In this document: piece by piece, positions 17,492-28,100 of the stretch
How the letters are laid out: each line of letters starts with the position of its first letter
Numbering within the stretch: the first letter of the stretch is position 1
From: Bacteroidales bacterium
Lineage (GTDB): Bacteria; Bacteroidota; Bacteroidia; Bacteroidales; UBA12077
Assembly: GCA_019038645.1 (NCBI GenBank)
Contig: JAHOYT010000017.1
Coordinates: 15,039-79,038, forward strand
Direction of reading: 5' to 3'
Length of the DNA stretch: 64,000 nucleotides
The notes under the pieces: generated by a model
What the model was told of the DNA's origin: nothing
What the model saw: only the letters and a program-made list of their open reading frames with translations
Database searches by the model: none
Translations under genes and position numbers: made by a program

Positions 17492-18607
17492 TTATAGTTC
17501 AACTATCTCAACACGTCTGTTTTTTGCTTTTCCCTCATCTGTTGAGTTCGTTGCTACAGGGGACATAGAACCCGCCCCGACTGGTTTCAGCAAATCTTCA
17601 TTAACACTATATTTTGTAATTAACTCATTCACAATTGCATTTGCCCTTTCAGTAGATAGCTGAATATTTGCATCAAAGTCTCCAACATTATCAGTATGCC
17701 CAACAATTAAATATTTCTTTTCCGTTTGAGAGTTTAAGAATTCTGCAATATTTTTTAATGACATGGCCGATGTTGGATTAATTTCAGATTTGCCGGTATC
17801 AAAATGAATATCGTAAATAGCAATAAATCCTTTCATAGAAATATCATTTGATATGTTAGCGGCTGTAACAAAACCGGTTTCTACAGCTTCAACTTCAACT
17901 ACATCCTGAGTAATAAGAGTATAGTTATCAGTTACAATAGCGTAAATAATGGCATAAATATCTTTGTTATTATCGTGCCCCCTTGCAGCTATAAAGCAAT
18001 GTTTATTGTTCCATGTTGGAAATCCAATACCCATACCAAATTTTCCGTTATTCAATCCATTGTAATATCCGCCAGCAACATAATACTTATCATTCCATGT
18101 ATGAGGACGATCACTAACACCAAGCTCTTCATTGGCAATAGCAATTAAAACTTCAAAACCTGATTTGTTAAATGCTGATTTATAATTATGTAGCACAAAT
18201 TCTGAGTTGTTATCATTCGAAACGGTGTATTGAATACGAGTCACTTTGCCTTCAAGAGCCATCGGATTACCCCAGGAGATAGTTCCTTTTTCACTTACAG
18301 GTAATTTATAACTACCCCATTTTGTTTCTTTATAGAATTTCATTTCGGCCCCTTCAAAACGAGATACAAGAGGGTGATCCTTTTCTTGTTCTTGTTTTGC
18401 TTTTTCCTGCTCTTCCAGTTCTTGCTTTGCCTTTTCTTTTTCAGCTAATTCATCTTGAGCTTTTTTATCAGCTTCTTTCTTATCAGAAGACTTTTTAATC
18501 TCTTTTGATGCCCGGTTTAAAGCCCCTGAAACACTAACTTGTGCATTTATTGTAGGCGAAATGATAATTAATAATCCTAAGATTATTAGTAAACTAAACT
18601 TTCTCAT
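17492..18607 (-). CDS. OmpA family protein with N-terminal coiled-coil and DUF4892-like domain
   Basis: Signal peptide, a KEKAKQELEEQEKAKQEQEK repeat, and a C-terminal OmpA peptidoglycan-binding motif (GHTDNVG...NIQLSTERANAI...NRRVEIV). Confidence 0.8.
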   Translation of the reverse strand: MRKFSLLIILGLLIIISPTINAQVSVSGALNRASKEIKKSSDKKEADKKAQDELAEKEKAKQELEEQEKAKQEQEKDHPLVSRFEGAEMKFYKETKWGSYKLPVSEKGTISWGNPMALEGKVTRIQYTVSNDNNSEFVLHNYKSAFNKSGFEVLIAIANEELGVSDRPHTWNDKYYVAGGYYNGLNNGKFGMGIGFPTWNNKHCFIAARGHDNNKDIYAIIYAIVTDNYTLITQDVVEVEAVETGFVTAANISNDISMKGFIAIYDIHFDTGKSEINPTSAMSLKNIAEFLNSQTEKKYLIVGHTDNVGDFDANIQLSTERANAIVNELITKYSVNEDLLKPVGAGSMSPVATNSTDEGKAKNRRVEIVEL

Positions 18608-18664
18608 AATACTTTTTCTTTAATAATAGTTATTTTAATGTTATGTCAGTTTGTTGAAGAAGCT

Positions 18665-18698
18665 ACAAGTTAAGAAAAGCTATTCGAAGTTCCTAAAA
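18665..18698. repeat. 34-nt intergenic repeat, copy B
   Basis: acaagttaagaaaagctattcgaagttcctaaaa. See copy A at 17376..17409. Confidence 0.6.
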
Positions 18699-18720
18699 AA
18701 ATTATATGTCCTATAACAAA

Positions 18721-18752
18721 TTAAAAAAACGCCCTGAAAGTAAGGCGTTTTC
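18721..18752 (-). terminator. Intrinsic terminator after hutH
   Basis: Stem aaaacgcc / ggcgtttt, with a T-run on the minus strand 22 nt after the hutH stop. Confidence 0.65.
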
Positions 18753-18773
18753 TAAATATTATTTTATGCCAGC

Positions 18774-20285
18774 TTAATTTTCCGGCAAATTCAGTTCAAC
18801 TTCCTGTAAATATTCAACCGATCTTGCAATATCATCGTACATGGTTTTATCTTCATCAACAAACTTCACTTTTTTACGGTAATCTGCTACGAATCTTTCA
18901 ATAAATGGTGATGATTTTGCAGGACGCTGAAATTCTAATGCTTGTGCAGCATTGAATAATTCTATCGCCAAAATTCTTTCCAGATTTAGAGCAACCTGAT
19001 AAGCTTTTGTTGCAGCATTTGCTCCCATACTTACATGATCTTCCTGTCCCTGAGATGATTCTATAGTATCAACTGATGCAGGTGTACATAATTGCTTATT
19101 TCTACTTACAATAGATGCAGCTGTATATTGTGGGATCATAAAACCGCTGTTTAATCCGGGGTTTGCAACCAGAAAAGGTGGTAATCCTCTTTTACCTGCG
19201 AGTAACTGGTAAGTTCTGCGTTCAGAAATACTGCCAAGTTCTGCCATTGCAATACATAGATTATCCAGAGCTAAAGCCAAAGGTTGTCCGTGAAAATTAC
19301 CTGCAGAAATAATCAAATCTTCGTCAGGAAAAATAGTTGGATTGTCGGTTACTGCATTAATCTCATTATTAAAGACATAAGAAACGTAGTTTATTGAATC
19401 TTTCGATGCTCCATGAACCTGTGGAATACAACGAAACGAATAAGGATCCTGAACATGAACTTTTGGACGGGTAATAAGTTCACTTCCCTCAAGTAAATTC
19501 CGCATTCTTCGTGCAGTTTTTATTTGCCCCAGATGATGACGTATAAGATGAACAGAATCGTGGAAAGGTTCAATTCTACCATCGAAAGCGTCCAAAGAAA
19601 TTGCACTAATTACATCAGCCAGTTGAGATAACTTCCATACTTTTAATGTTAAATAAACCCCATGAGCACTCATAAACTGAGTTCCGTTCAATAAAGCCAA
19701 TCCTTCTTTCGATTTTAAACCAATCGGTTCCCAATTCATTTTTTTCAATAAATCAGCCCCGGACATTCTTTCACCTTTAAAAATCACCTCTCCTAATCCA
19801 AGCATCGGCAAACTCATGTGAGCCAATGGTGCCAGATCGCCGGAAGCACCTAAAGAGCCATACTGGTATACAACGGGCAGAATATCATTATTGAAAAAGT
19901 CAATTAATCTCTCTACCGTTGATAATTGCACTCCTGAATGGCCGTAAGATAAAGACTGAATTTTTAGTAATATCATAATCTTAACGATCTCCGCAGGAAT
20001 CTCATCTCCTGTTCCACATGCGTGCGACATTACAAGGTTTTTCTGAAGATCACCTAAATCTTCGCGAGAGATTTTTTTATCGTAAAGTGCTCCAAAACCA
20101 GTGTTTATACCATAAATAGGCTCGTCATGGCCAGCCATTTTCTGATCAAGATAATCACGACATTTTATTATATTATTTTTTGACTGCTCAGAGAGAGCAA
20201 GATTAAATCCTTCTTTTAAAATCTGATCAATTTTGTCAAAAGTCAATTGATCATTTGATATATAATGTATTTTCTCCATGTTCAA
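18774..20285 (-). CDS. hutH: Histidine ammonia-lyase
   Basis: GSLGASGDLAPLAHM, the S-H selectivity dipeptide (LVMSHACG), QDPYSFRCIPQV and GQEDHVSMG. Confidence 0.9.
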   Translation of the reverse strand: MNMEKIHYISNDQLTFDKIDQILKEGFNLALSEQSKNNIIKCRDYLDQKMAGHDEPIYGINTGFGALYDKKISREDLGDLQKNLVMSHACGTGDEIPAEIVKIMILLKIQSLSYGHSGVQLSTVERLIDFFNNDILPVVYQYGSLGASGDLAPLAHMSLPMLGLGEVIFKGERMSGADLLKKMNWEPIGLKSKEGLALLNGTQFMSAHGVYLTLKVWKLSQLADVISAISLDAFDGRIEPFHDSVHLIRHHLGQIKTARRMRNLLEGSELITRPKVHVQDPYSFRCIPQVHGASKDSINYVSYVFNNEINAVTDNPTIFPDEDLIISAGNFHGQPLALALDNLCIAMAELGSISERRTYQLLAGKRGLPPFLVANPGLNSGFMIPQYTAASIVSRNKQLCTPASVDTIESSQGQEDHVSMGANAATKAYQVALNLERILAIELFNAAQALEFQRPAKSSPFIERFVADYRKKVKFVDEDKTMYDDIARSVEYLQEVELNLPEN

Positions 20286-20440
20286 TATGAATTAAGAATG
20301 AAACTATATTTTTATAAATAACAAATTATTAAATAACCCGGATATTATATTATAGGTTCATGGCAATCGAATATCGCCGCCAATAACCAGAATTGGTCGC
20401 TTAGAGCTGAGTTTAATTAATATTCTGTTTATATAATCCA

Positions 20441-21805
20441 TTATTTAGTCAACTTAAGAAGTAGTTCTTCGAATTTCATTTCAGACTGTTCTCCAGAGGT
20501 CATATTTTTAACGGTTAATATTCCTTTTTCCATTTCGCTTTCACCAACTAATACTACATAAGGAATATTTTTATTATTAGCATATGTCATCTGCTTTTTC
20601 ATTTTAGCAGATTCAGGAAAGATTTCAGAATTTACTCCATTATCTCTCATTTTTTGAAGTAACGGAAGGCAATATTTTTCTTCTTTTTCACCAAAATTCA
20701 CAAACAAAACTTTTGTTGATGCAACAATCTCCTTTGGGAAAACTTCCAGTTGTTCCATTACATCGTAAATACGATCGGCACCAAAAGAAACACCAACACC
20801 GGAAACATCTTTTAATCCAAAAACTCCTGTTAAATCATCGTAGCGTCCACCACCACACAGGCTGCCAATTTCAACATCTTTTGATTTTACTTCAATAATA
20901 GCACCTGTATAATAATTAAGACCACGTGCCAGGGTTAAATCTAATTCCAGCTCTGTGTTTAAAGGTAAAGTTTCGAAATAATTCAATATTGTCTCTACTT
21001 CTTCTACTCCTTTTAATCCAGTTTTTGAATCTTCCAAAGCCTCTTTTATAATAGTCAATTTTTCTTTATTGGATCCTGTAAGTTTTAGAATAGGCTCTAA
21101 ACCAGACACAGATGATGATCCTAATCCACTTTTTAGTAATTGATCAATTACACCAGCCTCCCCAATCTTTTCTAATTTATCAATCGCAACAGTAATATCA
21201 ATAAACTTATCAGGTTCTCCAATTACTTCAGCTATTCCTAATAAAATCTTTCTGTTATTTAGTTTAATAACAGAATTTATACTCAGCTTTTTGAATATCT
21301 GATCAATTATCTGAATAAGTTCAACTTCATTAAATAAAGAATTACTACCAATTACATCTACATCGCACTGGTAAAACTCACGATAACGGCCTCTTTGAGG
21401 TCTGTCGGCACGCCAAACAGGCTGAATTTGGAATCGTTTAAAAGGAAAAGTTATTTCGTTTAAATGTTGTACTACATAACGAGCAAAAGGTACTGTTAGA
21501 TCATAGCGCAATCCTTTTTCTGAAATTTCTGATGTAAGCTTAGTTGACTCTGCTTTTGTTAAATCTAATTTTACTTTTGAGAGATAATCTCCAGAGTTTA
21601 ATACTTTAAAAAGTAACTTATCTCCTTCTTCGCCATACTTTCCCATTAAAGTTGACAGTTTCTCCATTGATGGGGTTTCGATTGGCAAATAACCAAATCG
21701 TTTGAAAACATCTTTAATGATATCGAAAATAAAATTTCGTTTCACCATTTCAACTGGTGAAAAATCACGGGTGCCTTTTGGAACAGATGGTTTTTGTGCA
21801 GCCAT
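20441..21805 (-). CDS. hisS: Histidine--tRNA ligase
   Basis: Class II aaRS motifs ([29 protein letters not shown]) and a C-terminal anticodon-binding domain. Confidence 0.95.
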   Translation of the reverse strand: MAAQKPSVPKGTRDFSPVEMVKRNFIFDIIKDVFKRFGYLPIETPSMEKLSTLMGKYGEEGDKLLFKVLNSGDYLSKVKLDLTKAESTKLTSEISEKGLRYDLTVPFARYVVQHLNEITFPFKRFQIQPVWRADRPQRGRYREFYQCDVDVIGSNSLFNEVELIQIIDQIFKKLSINSVIKLNNRKILLGIAEVIGEPDKFIDITVAIDKLEKIGEAGVIDQLLKSGLGSSSVSGLEPILKLTGSNKEKLTIIKEALEDSKTGLKGVEEVETILNYFETLPLNTELELDLTLARGLNYYTGAIIEVKSKDVEIGSLCGGGRYDDLTGVFGLKDVSGVGVSFGADRIYDVMEQLEVFPKEIVASTKVLFVNFGEKEEKYCLPLLQKMRDNGVNSEIFPESAKMKKQMTYANNKNIPYVVLVGESEMEKGILTVKNMTSGEQSEMKFEELLLKLTK

Positions 21806-21901
21806 TTTTGTTCTTTATTAAAATTATTACATGCAAATATAGAACAAAAATAAAGTGATCTAAAATGTTATTATTAGTTTAGTTGTATAACATTAAAATG
21901 T

Positions 21902-21967
21902 ATCACACTTCGACAAGCTCAGTGTGATAAACTAAAAAATAGAAAATTGTCATATTGAGCCTGTCGA
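21902..21967. repeat. REP-like nested inverted repeat
   Basis: Hairpin atcacact-tcgacaagctc-agtgtgat, plus a downstream gagcctgtcga that is a 10/11 reverse complement of the loop sequence tcgacaagctc. Confidence 0.45.
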
Positions 21968-22010
21968 AATATGAATTACAATTTTAGCACTGGTAAAATC
22001 TTATAATAAA

Positions 22011-22034
22011 AAAGGATGGTCTTTGCCATCCTTT
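22011..22034 (-). terminator. Intrinsic terminator after 22059..22916
   Basis: Stem aaaggatgg / ccatccttt, followed by a T-run on the minus strand. Confidence 0.65.
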
Positions 22035-22058
22035 CGTAATCAATGTAAATAAATAAAT

Positions 22059-22916
22059 TTATTTTTTCTTGGTCATTTTCTTAAAATCTTTTTCCAGTAT
22101 GCCATCGAAGCTCTTACCTTTCTCAACCCAATGATAATCAAAATAATAGAAGTTGGCATTTTTTGCCCCGATAACTATTTTGTAGCAACGTGCTCTTAAA
22201 CGTGTGCCCTGTGGACCAACCTTATGCAAATAAACAATATCTGCGTCGCGATTAGTAATAGATTCCTCAATCTCCTCACGTGTCACAAATTTTACCTTGA
22301 ACGGATAAATTTTCTTAATCTTAGCTTCCGTATTAATATCCGGAGAAACTTCGTCTTTAACTAACCAAAGTGTTTTTTGCTTAATGTCCTTTGTATTTTC
22401 ATTGTAATACTGAAAAATATTTTTCTTAACCATATCAGGATTATCTTTCATATTCTGAATATGAGTTTGCAGAAATCTCACCAGAGATTCTATTTTATAA
22501 ACCCAGAATTCCTCATCAACCTCTGTATATGATAATGGAATTGCTGCAATATCAGGTAAATCTTCAAAACTATCTAATCCTGACTTTCCAATAAATATAT
22601 GAAGGAAATTGTATCGCACTTTGGTTTTATCGTTCTGAAAAACAACCTGAGTCATCATTAAAAATGATTTACCAGGATCGTTATACATTTCCTCAAACTG
22701 GTCTATCGAAATAAATTCATAATCCGTTAATGACCAGGCTTTTTTTACTGCTTCCTGAATTTTAAAATTATATTCTGCAATAGGATTCGATTCTAAAACG
22801 ACATAAAGTTTAGAATTTAGAAACTGATTCAGATCAGCTTCTGTCGGAAGATACTCTTGTGCATTTAGTGAAAGAGTAGAAATTCCAATAATTATAACCA
22901 AAATTAATTTTCTCAT
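22059..22916 (-). CDS. Secreted hypothetical protein
   Basis: Long ORF with an N-terminal signal peptide (ISTLSLNAQE). I recognise no motif in it. Confidence 0.6.
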   Translation of the reverse strand: MRKLILVIIIGISTLSLNAQEYLPTEADLNQFLNSKLYVVLESNPIAEYNFKIQEAVKKAWSLTDYEFISIDQFEEMYNDPGKSFLMMTQVVFQNDKTKVRYNFLHIFIGKSGLDSFEDLPDIAAIPLSYTEVDEEFWVYKIESLVRFLQTHIQNMKDNPDMVKKNIFQYYNENTKDIKQKTLWLVKDEVSPDINTEAKIKKIYPFKVKFVTREEIEESITNRDADIVYLHKVGPQGTRLRARCYKIVIGAKNANFYYFDYHWVEKGKSFDGILEKDFKKMTKKK

Positions 22917-23205
22917 ATGCCTGTTTTTTAAACTGATTTTTTAATTATTCAACTAATATACTAAATCTTATTAAAATCTTTTTTAAATCCATGTATTATA
23001 TCCTTTAAATTCAAAATGATATTTATATGCGTATGTACCATGAATTGTGCCATAAATACTTGCAATTATCAAAGATTATCATGAATTTGACAAAAATTTT
23101 GTATATTTAATTTCCAAAGAAGTATTATATGTTATATTTCAGTAAATTTACAAAAGTAATTTTATTTAGCACATAACTTTCTTTTAACTAAAAGCTTAAG
23201 TTTCT

Positions 23206-24939
23206 ATGAATTTTATAGACAAAATAGTTAATATTTGTACAATAAGTACTGATAAAATAGATACAAAAAATGAATATTTCCATAAGGCTACTGTCTTAAA
23301 TTTCTATAGTTTTATTGCTCTTATATTATTATTAGTATTTGTTGTAATTAATATATTTGAAAATAATACACTCTTGTTCATTGGTTTATCAATTTCGTTT
23401 GTTCTTACTGCAGTTAATCTGCTTATATTCAGATCTAGAGGGAGTTACACGTTTTCTTCTAATGCTTTTTCTGTATTATTAATATTATTTTTTGTGTGGT
23501 TATTATATGCCGAAATAATACATAATCAGGGCATATTACTTTATTCCATATACCCTGCACTAGCTGTTTTTCTATTAGGTAAGAAACGAGGAAATCTATC
23601 ATCGCTAATATTTTTTGTATTTACCGGTATTGCTATATTGTTACCGGTTGTGTTTGGCTTTTCGTTTCAATTTTCTGTAATAAATCAGGTGCTATTCGTC
23701 TTGTTATATTGCGGATTAGTCATTTTCCTTAATGTTTATGAAAACATTTCAGAATCTAAACTTGCTGAATTAATAATAGAAATACAAAAAGCTAAACATG
23801 AAACAATAGCTAAAGAGGAATTTATTTCTAAGATCTCTCATCAAATCAGAACACCTTTAAACAACCTTGTTGTTGTAACCAACCTTGTGAATGATTCCGA
23901 TCTTGATGAAAAACAAAAAGATCTGATGGATACAATTCAGGCTTCAACGAATAATCTTGTAACTGTTGTAAACAATATAGCTGAAATTTCAAATGTTGAC
24001 TTACTGCAAAGTAAAGACTACAATCAGAATTTTAATCTTGAAACTACCATAAGAAATACAATAAATCTTTATACTACTGAAGATTCTCAAAATATTAGTT
24101 TACCTATTAATATTTCAAAAGATATAAGCTATCAACTTTATGGTGATCCTGTAAAAATTAAACAGGTATTTCTTAATCTGATTGAAAATATTATAAAAAA
24201 CACGAAAAGTGGTGAAAAATTAATTTCAATCGATATTAAAAAATTAAGCGAATCGAATGATATCATAGAGATTTTATATACTATTTCAACAAAAGATCTG
24301 ATTCAGATTCCTGAAATTACCAAGATTCAGAATACGGAGAAAACTAAAAAAGGCAGGAATTCTGCAATTGTCAAACTACTTGATTTTAATATTGCAAATA
24401 AAATTATTAATGTACTTAATGGTTCTATTGAAATAGATATTAAGCCGGATAATTTTGAGTTTAAATTTGTTCTTAAATTCAATAAAGGGGAAGCATTTGC
24501 CGATGAAAGAATATTATCCAAAGAAAGCACTCTCCCGGAAATAGATACCGGAGTGCAGGTTATTCTTAAAGATGCTAATGTACTTTTAGTTGAGGATAAT
24601 CTGATAAATCAAAAAATAGTACTTTTAAGTCTGAAAAAGTCAGTTAAAACAGTTGATATTGCCAATAACGGAAAAGAAGCACTTGACAAATTCGGATCAG
24701 TAAAATATGATATTATCCTGATGGATATTCAAATGCCAATTATGAATGGTATTGTCACAACAAAAAAAATCAGGAATATTGAAAAAAGTACTAATACACA
24801 TACCCCAATAATAGCAATAACAGCCAATGCTCTTTTAGGTGATAAAGAAGAATGTCTGGCAGCCGGAATGGATGATTATATTAGCAAACCATTTCAGATT
24901 GAGACATTAATTAATAAAATGGAGCAGCAACTGGCGTAG
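23206..24939 (+). CDS. Hybrid sensor histidine kinase/response regulator with degenerate ATP-binding domain
   Basis: About 6 N-terminal TM helices, H-box (ISHQIRTPLN), N-box (NLIENIIKNT) and a receiver domain (LLVEDN...ILMDIQMP...AITA...SKP). No recognisable G1 (DxGxG) or G2 (GxGLG) box. Confidence 0.8.
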   Translation: MNFIDKIVNICTISTDKIDTKNEYFHKATVLNFYSFIALILLLVFVVINIFENNTLLFIGLSISFVLTAVNLLIFRSRGSYTFSSNAFSVLLILFFVWLLYAEIIHNQGILLYSIYPALAVFLLGKKRGNLSSLIFFVFTGIAILLPVVFGFSFQFSVINQVLFVLLYCGLVIFLNVYENISESKLAELIIEIQKAKHETIAKEEFISKISHQIRTPLNNLVVVTNLVNDSDLDEKQKDLMDTIQASTNNLVTVVNNIAEISNVDLLQSKDYNQNFNLETTIRNTINLYTTEDSQNISLPINISKDISYQLYGDPVKIKQVFLNLIENIIKNTKSGEKLISIDIKKLSESNDIIEILYTISTKDLIQIPEITKIQNTEKTKKGRNSAIVKLLDFNIANKIINVLNGSIEIDIKPDNFEFKFVLKFNKGEAFADERILSKESTLPEIDTGVQVILKDANVLLVEDNLINQKIVLLSLKKSVKTVDIANNGKEALDKFGSVKYDIILMDIQMPIMNGIVTTKKIRNIEKSTNTHTPIIAITANALLGDKEECLAAGMDDYISKPFQIETLINKMEQQLA

Positions 24940-25108
24940 CTCTCTTCCCGTATTCATGTAAATAGTTGATAAAGCCTTAGGCTGTTTTACTAAAAATTGT
25001 GATACTACTTTGTAGATAATATATGTTCTATTTGTTATCAGGATAATTAAAAGCGGATTTACTTATATTGTAACAGTGTACATATTGAAGTTAACAGCAA
25101 AATCAAGC

Positions 25109-28100
25109 TTACTCTAATTCGGGTCTGAACCCAACAATAAGCACATCGTCAACCTGTTCGAGTTCACCTTTCCAGTCTTCGAAGCTTCGGTCAAAATAGG
25201 TCAATTGCTGTTCAAGCGGTAATTTATGAATAGTAAGTAATAGGTGTCTGAACCGCCTGTATTTGTATTTTTTACCATCGGGGCCACCAAACTGATCTGC
25301 GTACCCATCAGAAAACATATAAAAGATATCATCCTTTTGAAGCTTAATAGTTGTTCTGGTAATCTGATCCGATTCACCTTCATCGAGTAATCCAACTGAA
25401 AATCGATCACCACGGGTTTCTTCAATTTTATTATCCCTGATAAGATACAATGGTCGAAAAGCTCCTGCATATTCCAGTTCAGCTTTCTTTTTATCAATAA
25501 CACACAACGCAATATCCATTCCGTCTTTAAGCTTTGTGTTTTCTGCAGCTTTACCGAATGTAACTGCAACACCATCGTTTAAATGTTGTAATATTTCATC
25601 TGCACCTTCTATTCCCTGATCATCGGTAATCTTTCTTAATAACTCAAATCCAATAATTGACATAAACGCTCCAGGTACACCATGACCAGTACAATCAACC
25701 ACTGCAATAAACGTTTTATTATTTTTTTCATTTATCCAATAAAAATCACCACTCACAATATCTTTTGGCTTAAGCAAAATAAATGAGCCCGGTAAAATTC
25801 GTTTGAATAATGTCATTGGAGGCAACAAGGCTTCCTGAATCCTTTTCGCATAAACGATACTATCAGTAATATTTTTGTTTTTTACTGACAATTCTTCTTT
25901 TTGCTTTGCAATTTGCTTTGCAATTTGTTCTTTCTCTTTTAATTCCTGATTTGAACGACGTAAACTTCGTGTACGGTATTGAAAAAACCAAAAAATGATA
26001 CCAGCCAATAATATGATATAAACCAAATATGCAAAATTTGTTTTCCATAAAGGAGTCAAAACAATAATTTCCAGGTTGGTTCCTGTTTCGTTCCATATAT
26101 AATCGCTATTCGATCCTTTAACCTGAAAAGTATAATTCCCTGGTGGTAAATTTGAAAATGTTGCATATCTTCTATTCCCAAGATTTATCCATTCATTTTC
26201 AACTCCCTTAACTTTATACGCATAGTTATTCTTTTCAGGGTTTGTAAAATCAAGGGCTGAGAATTCAATAGTTATAAGATTGTTTTTATATGGTATTTCT
26301 ATCTGCCTGTTTTTTCCTACAACTATTTTATCGTAGACTTTTTCTGTAAGCACTTCTACTGTAGTTATTTCAATATTAGGTATTATCTGATTTTTGCTTA
26401 TAGAATCAGGGAAAAATGAATTATACCCTGCAATTCCACCAAAAAATAATTCTCCGGAGTCTGATCTGAATGAAGCTCCGTGATTAAATTCAAAATCCTG
26501 AAGTCCATCAGAAACTCCAAAGTTAATGAACAATTCCTTCTCAGGATTGAATCTTGAAAGACCACGATTAGTACTCATCCATAAATTTCCTTTGTTGTCA
26601 GGTAATATTGAGTATACGAAATTATTTGGCAAACCTTCTTTTTTGGTATATATTTTTACTTGTCCGGTATTTACATCAAATCTGTTTAAACCCTCTTTAG
26701 TACCTAACCATAAATATTGATTCTCTTTATCCTCATGAATACAGAGTATTTCATTACTACTAAAACACGTTTCACAATCATCAGTCTGTTTAAATGTTTC
26801 CACGATGCCTTTCTCAAGATCAAGTTTATTTAAACCGTTCTCTGTTGCAATCCATAAATTTTTATTCCGGTCAATTAAAAGATCATATACAAGATCCGCA
26901 GCCAGACTATTTGAATCGTTTGGGTTATAAAAATAACTTTGGATAGAATCTTCACTTATTTTATGCAGACCAAATTTTGAACCAACCCATAAATTATGAT
27001 TTTTATCTTCCAGAATATCAAATATCCTGTTGTTTTTAAATACATTAAGAAGCTTTGTTCTCCCAATATTCTCGAAACGCTTAGTCCTGCTATTGAAATA
27101 ACTCAAACCATCCTGTGTTCCAACCCATATATCTCCGTTACTATCTTCAAATATCTTATGTATGTAATCATTAATAATACTGCTATTGCCTGTATTATAT
27201 CTAATAACCGATTTCTTCAAGGGATCAAATAAATGCAATCCCGTTCCCCATGTACCAACCCAAACTTCATTATTTTTTTTATACATTGAGGTTACAAAAT
27301 TGTTTGAAAAATACGGTTCGTTATTTTCGGATTTATCAAATAACTTAAATTTTTTCTGTTCATTATTAATTTTTAACAAACCCTGAAGTGTACCAACCCA
27401 CATTATGCCAGTCTTATCCTGAATTATATCAGTAAACGAAGTTGTTAGCAACTCTTCGTTATCATGTAAAAATTTATTGTAAACTGTAAATGTTTCGGTT
27501 TCTTTGTTAAACTTATTTAAACCATCATCGGTTGCAATCCACAAATTCCCAATATCATCTTCAAAAATATCGTTAATTATATTATTGCTTAAACTTTCTT
27601 TATTTTCATAATCACTATAATACCTTACGAATTCCTCTGTTTCCCAGTTAAACTTATTTAATCCCTGTTCCGTTCCTATCCACAAATTAAAATCAGAATC
27701 CTCAAATATAACTTTAACTTTATTATCACTAATACTGGATTTGTTTTCAGGATCATGACGGTATCTTTTAAATATTTCAAGTTTTCTGTCAAAATAATTT
27801 AATCCGTCTTTAGTACCTACCCATAATTGATTTTTGTGATCTTCAAAAATTGAAAATGTTGCATTTACAGAAATAAAATTAAAAATATCATTATAATGTT
27901 CATAATGTCTGAAATTACCACTTCGTGGGTTTAATCTTGACAAATAATTCTCAGTTTTAATCCAGATATACCCACTTTTATCCTGATACAAATCATAAAT
28001 CTCTTCTTCTTTCAGACCATTACCATTATCCGGATTCGAGTAATAATGACTGCATTCTTCTGTATATCTATCTATTTTATTAAGACCACGGTTAGTACCA

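Noticed and set aside
20340-20405. GC-enriched patch (ggttcatggcaatcgaatatcgccgccaataaccagaattggtcgc) in the hisS-hutH spacer, as a possible structured RNA or His-responsive leader.
   Set aside because: The only pairings I can draw are short and interrupted (ccaat/attgg with two mismatches beyond). No T-run follows, and I recognise no family. This is not enough to call a feature.
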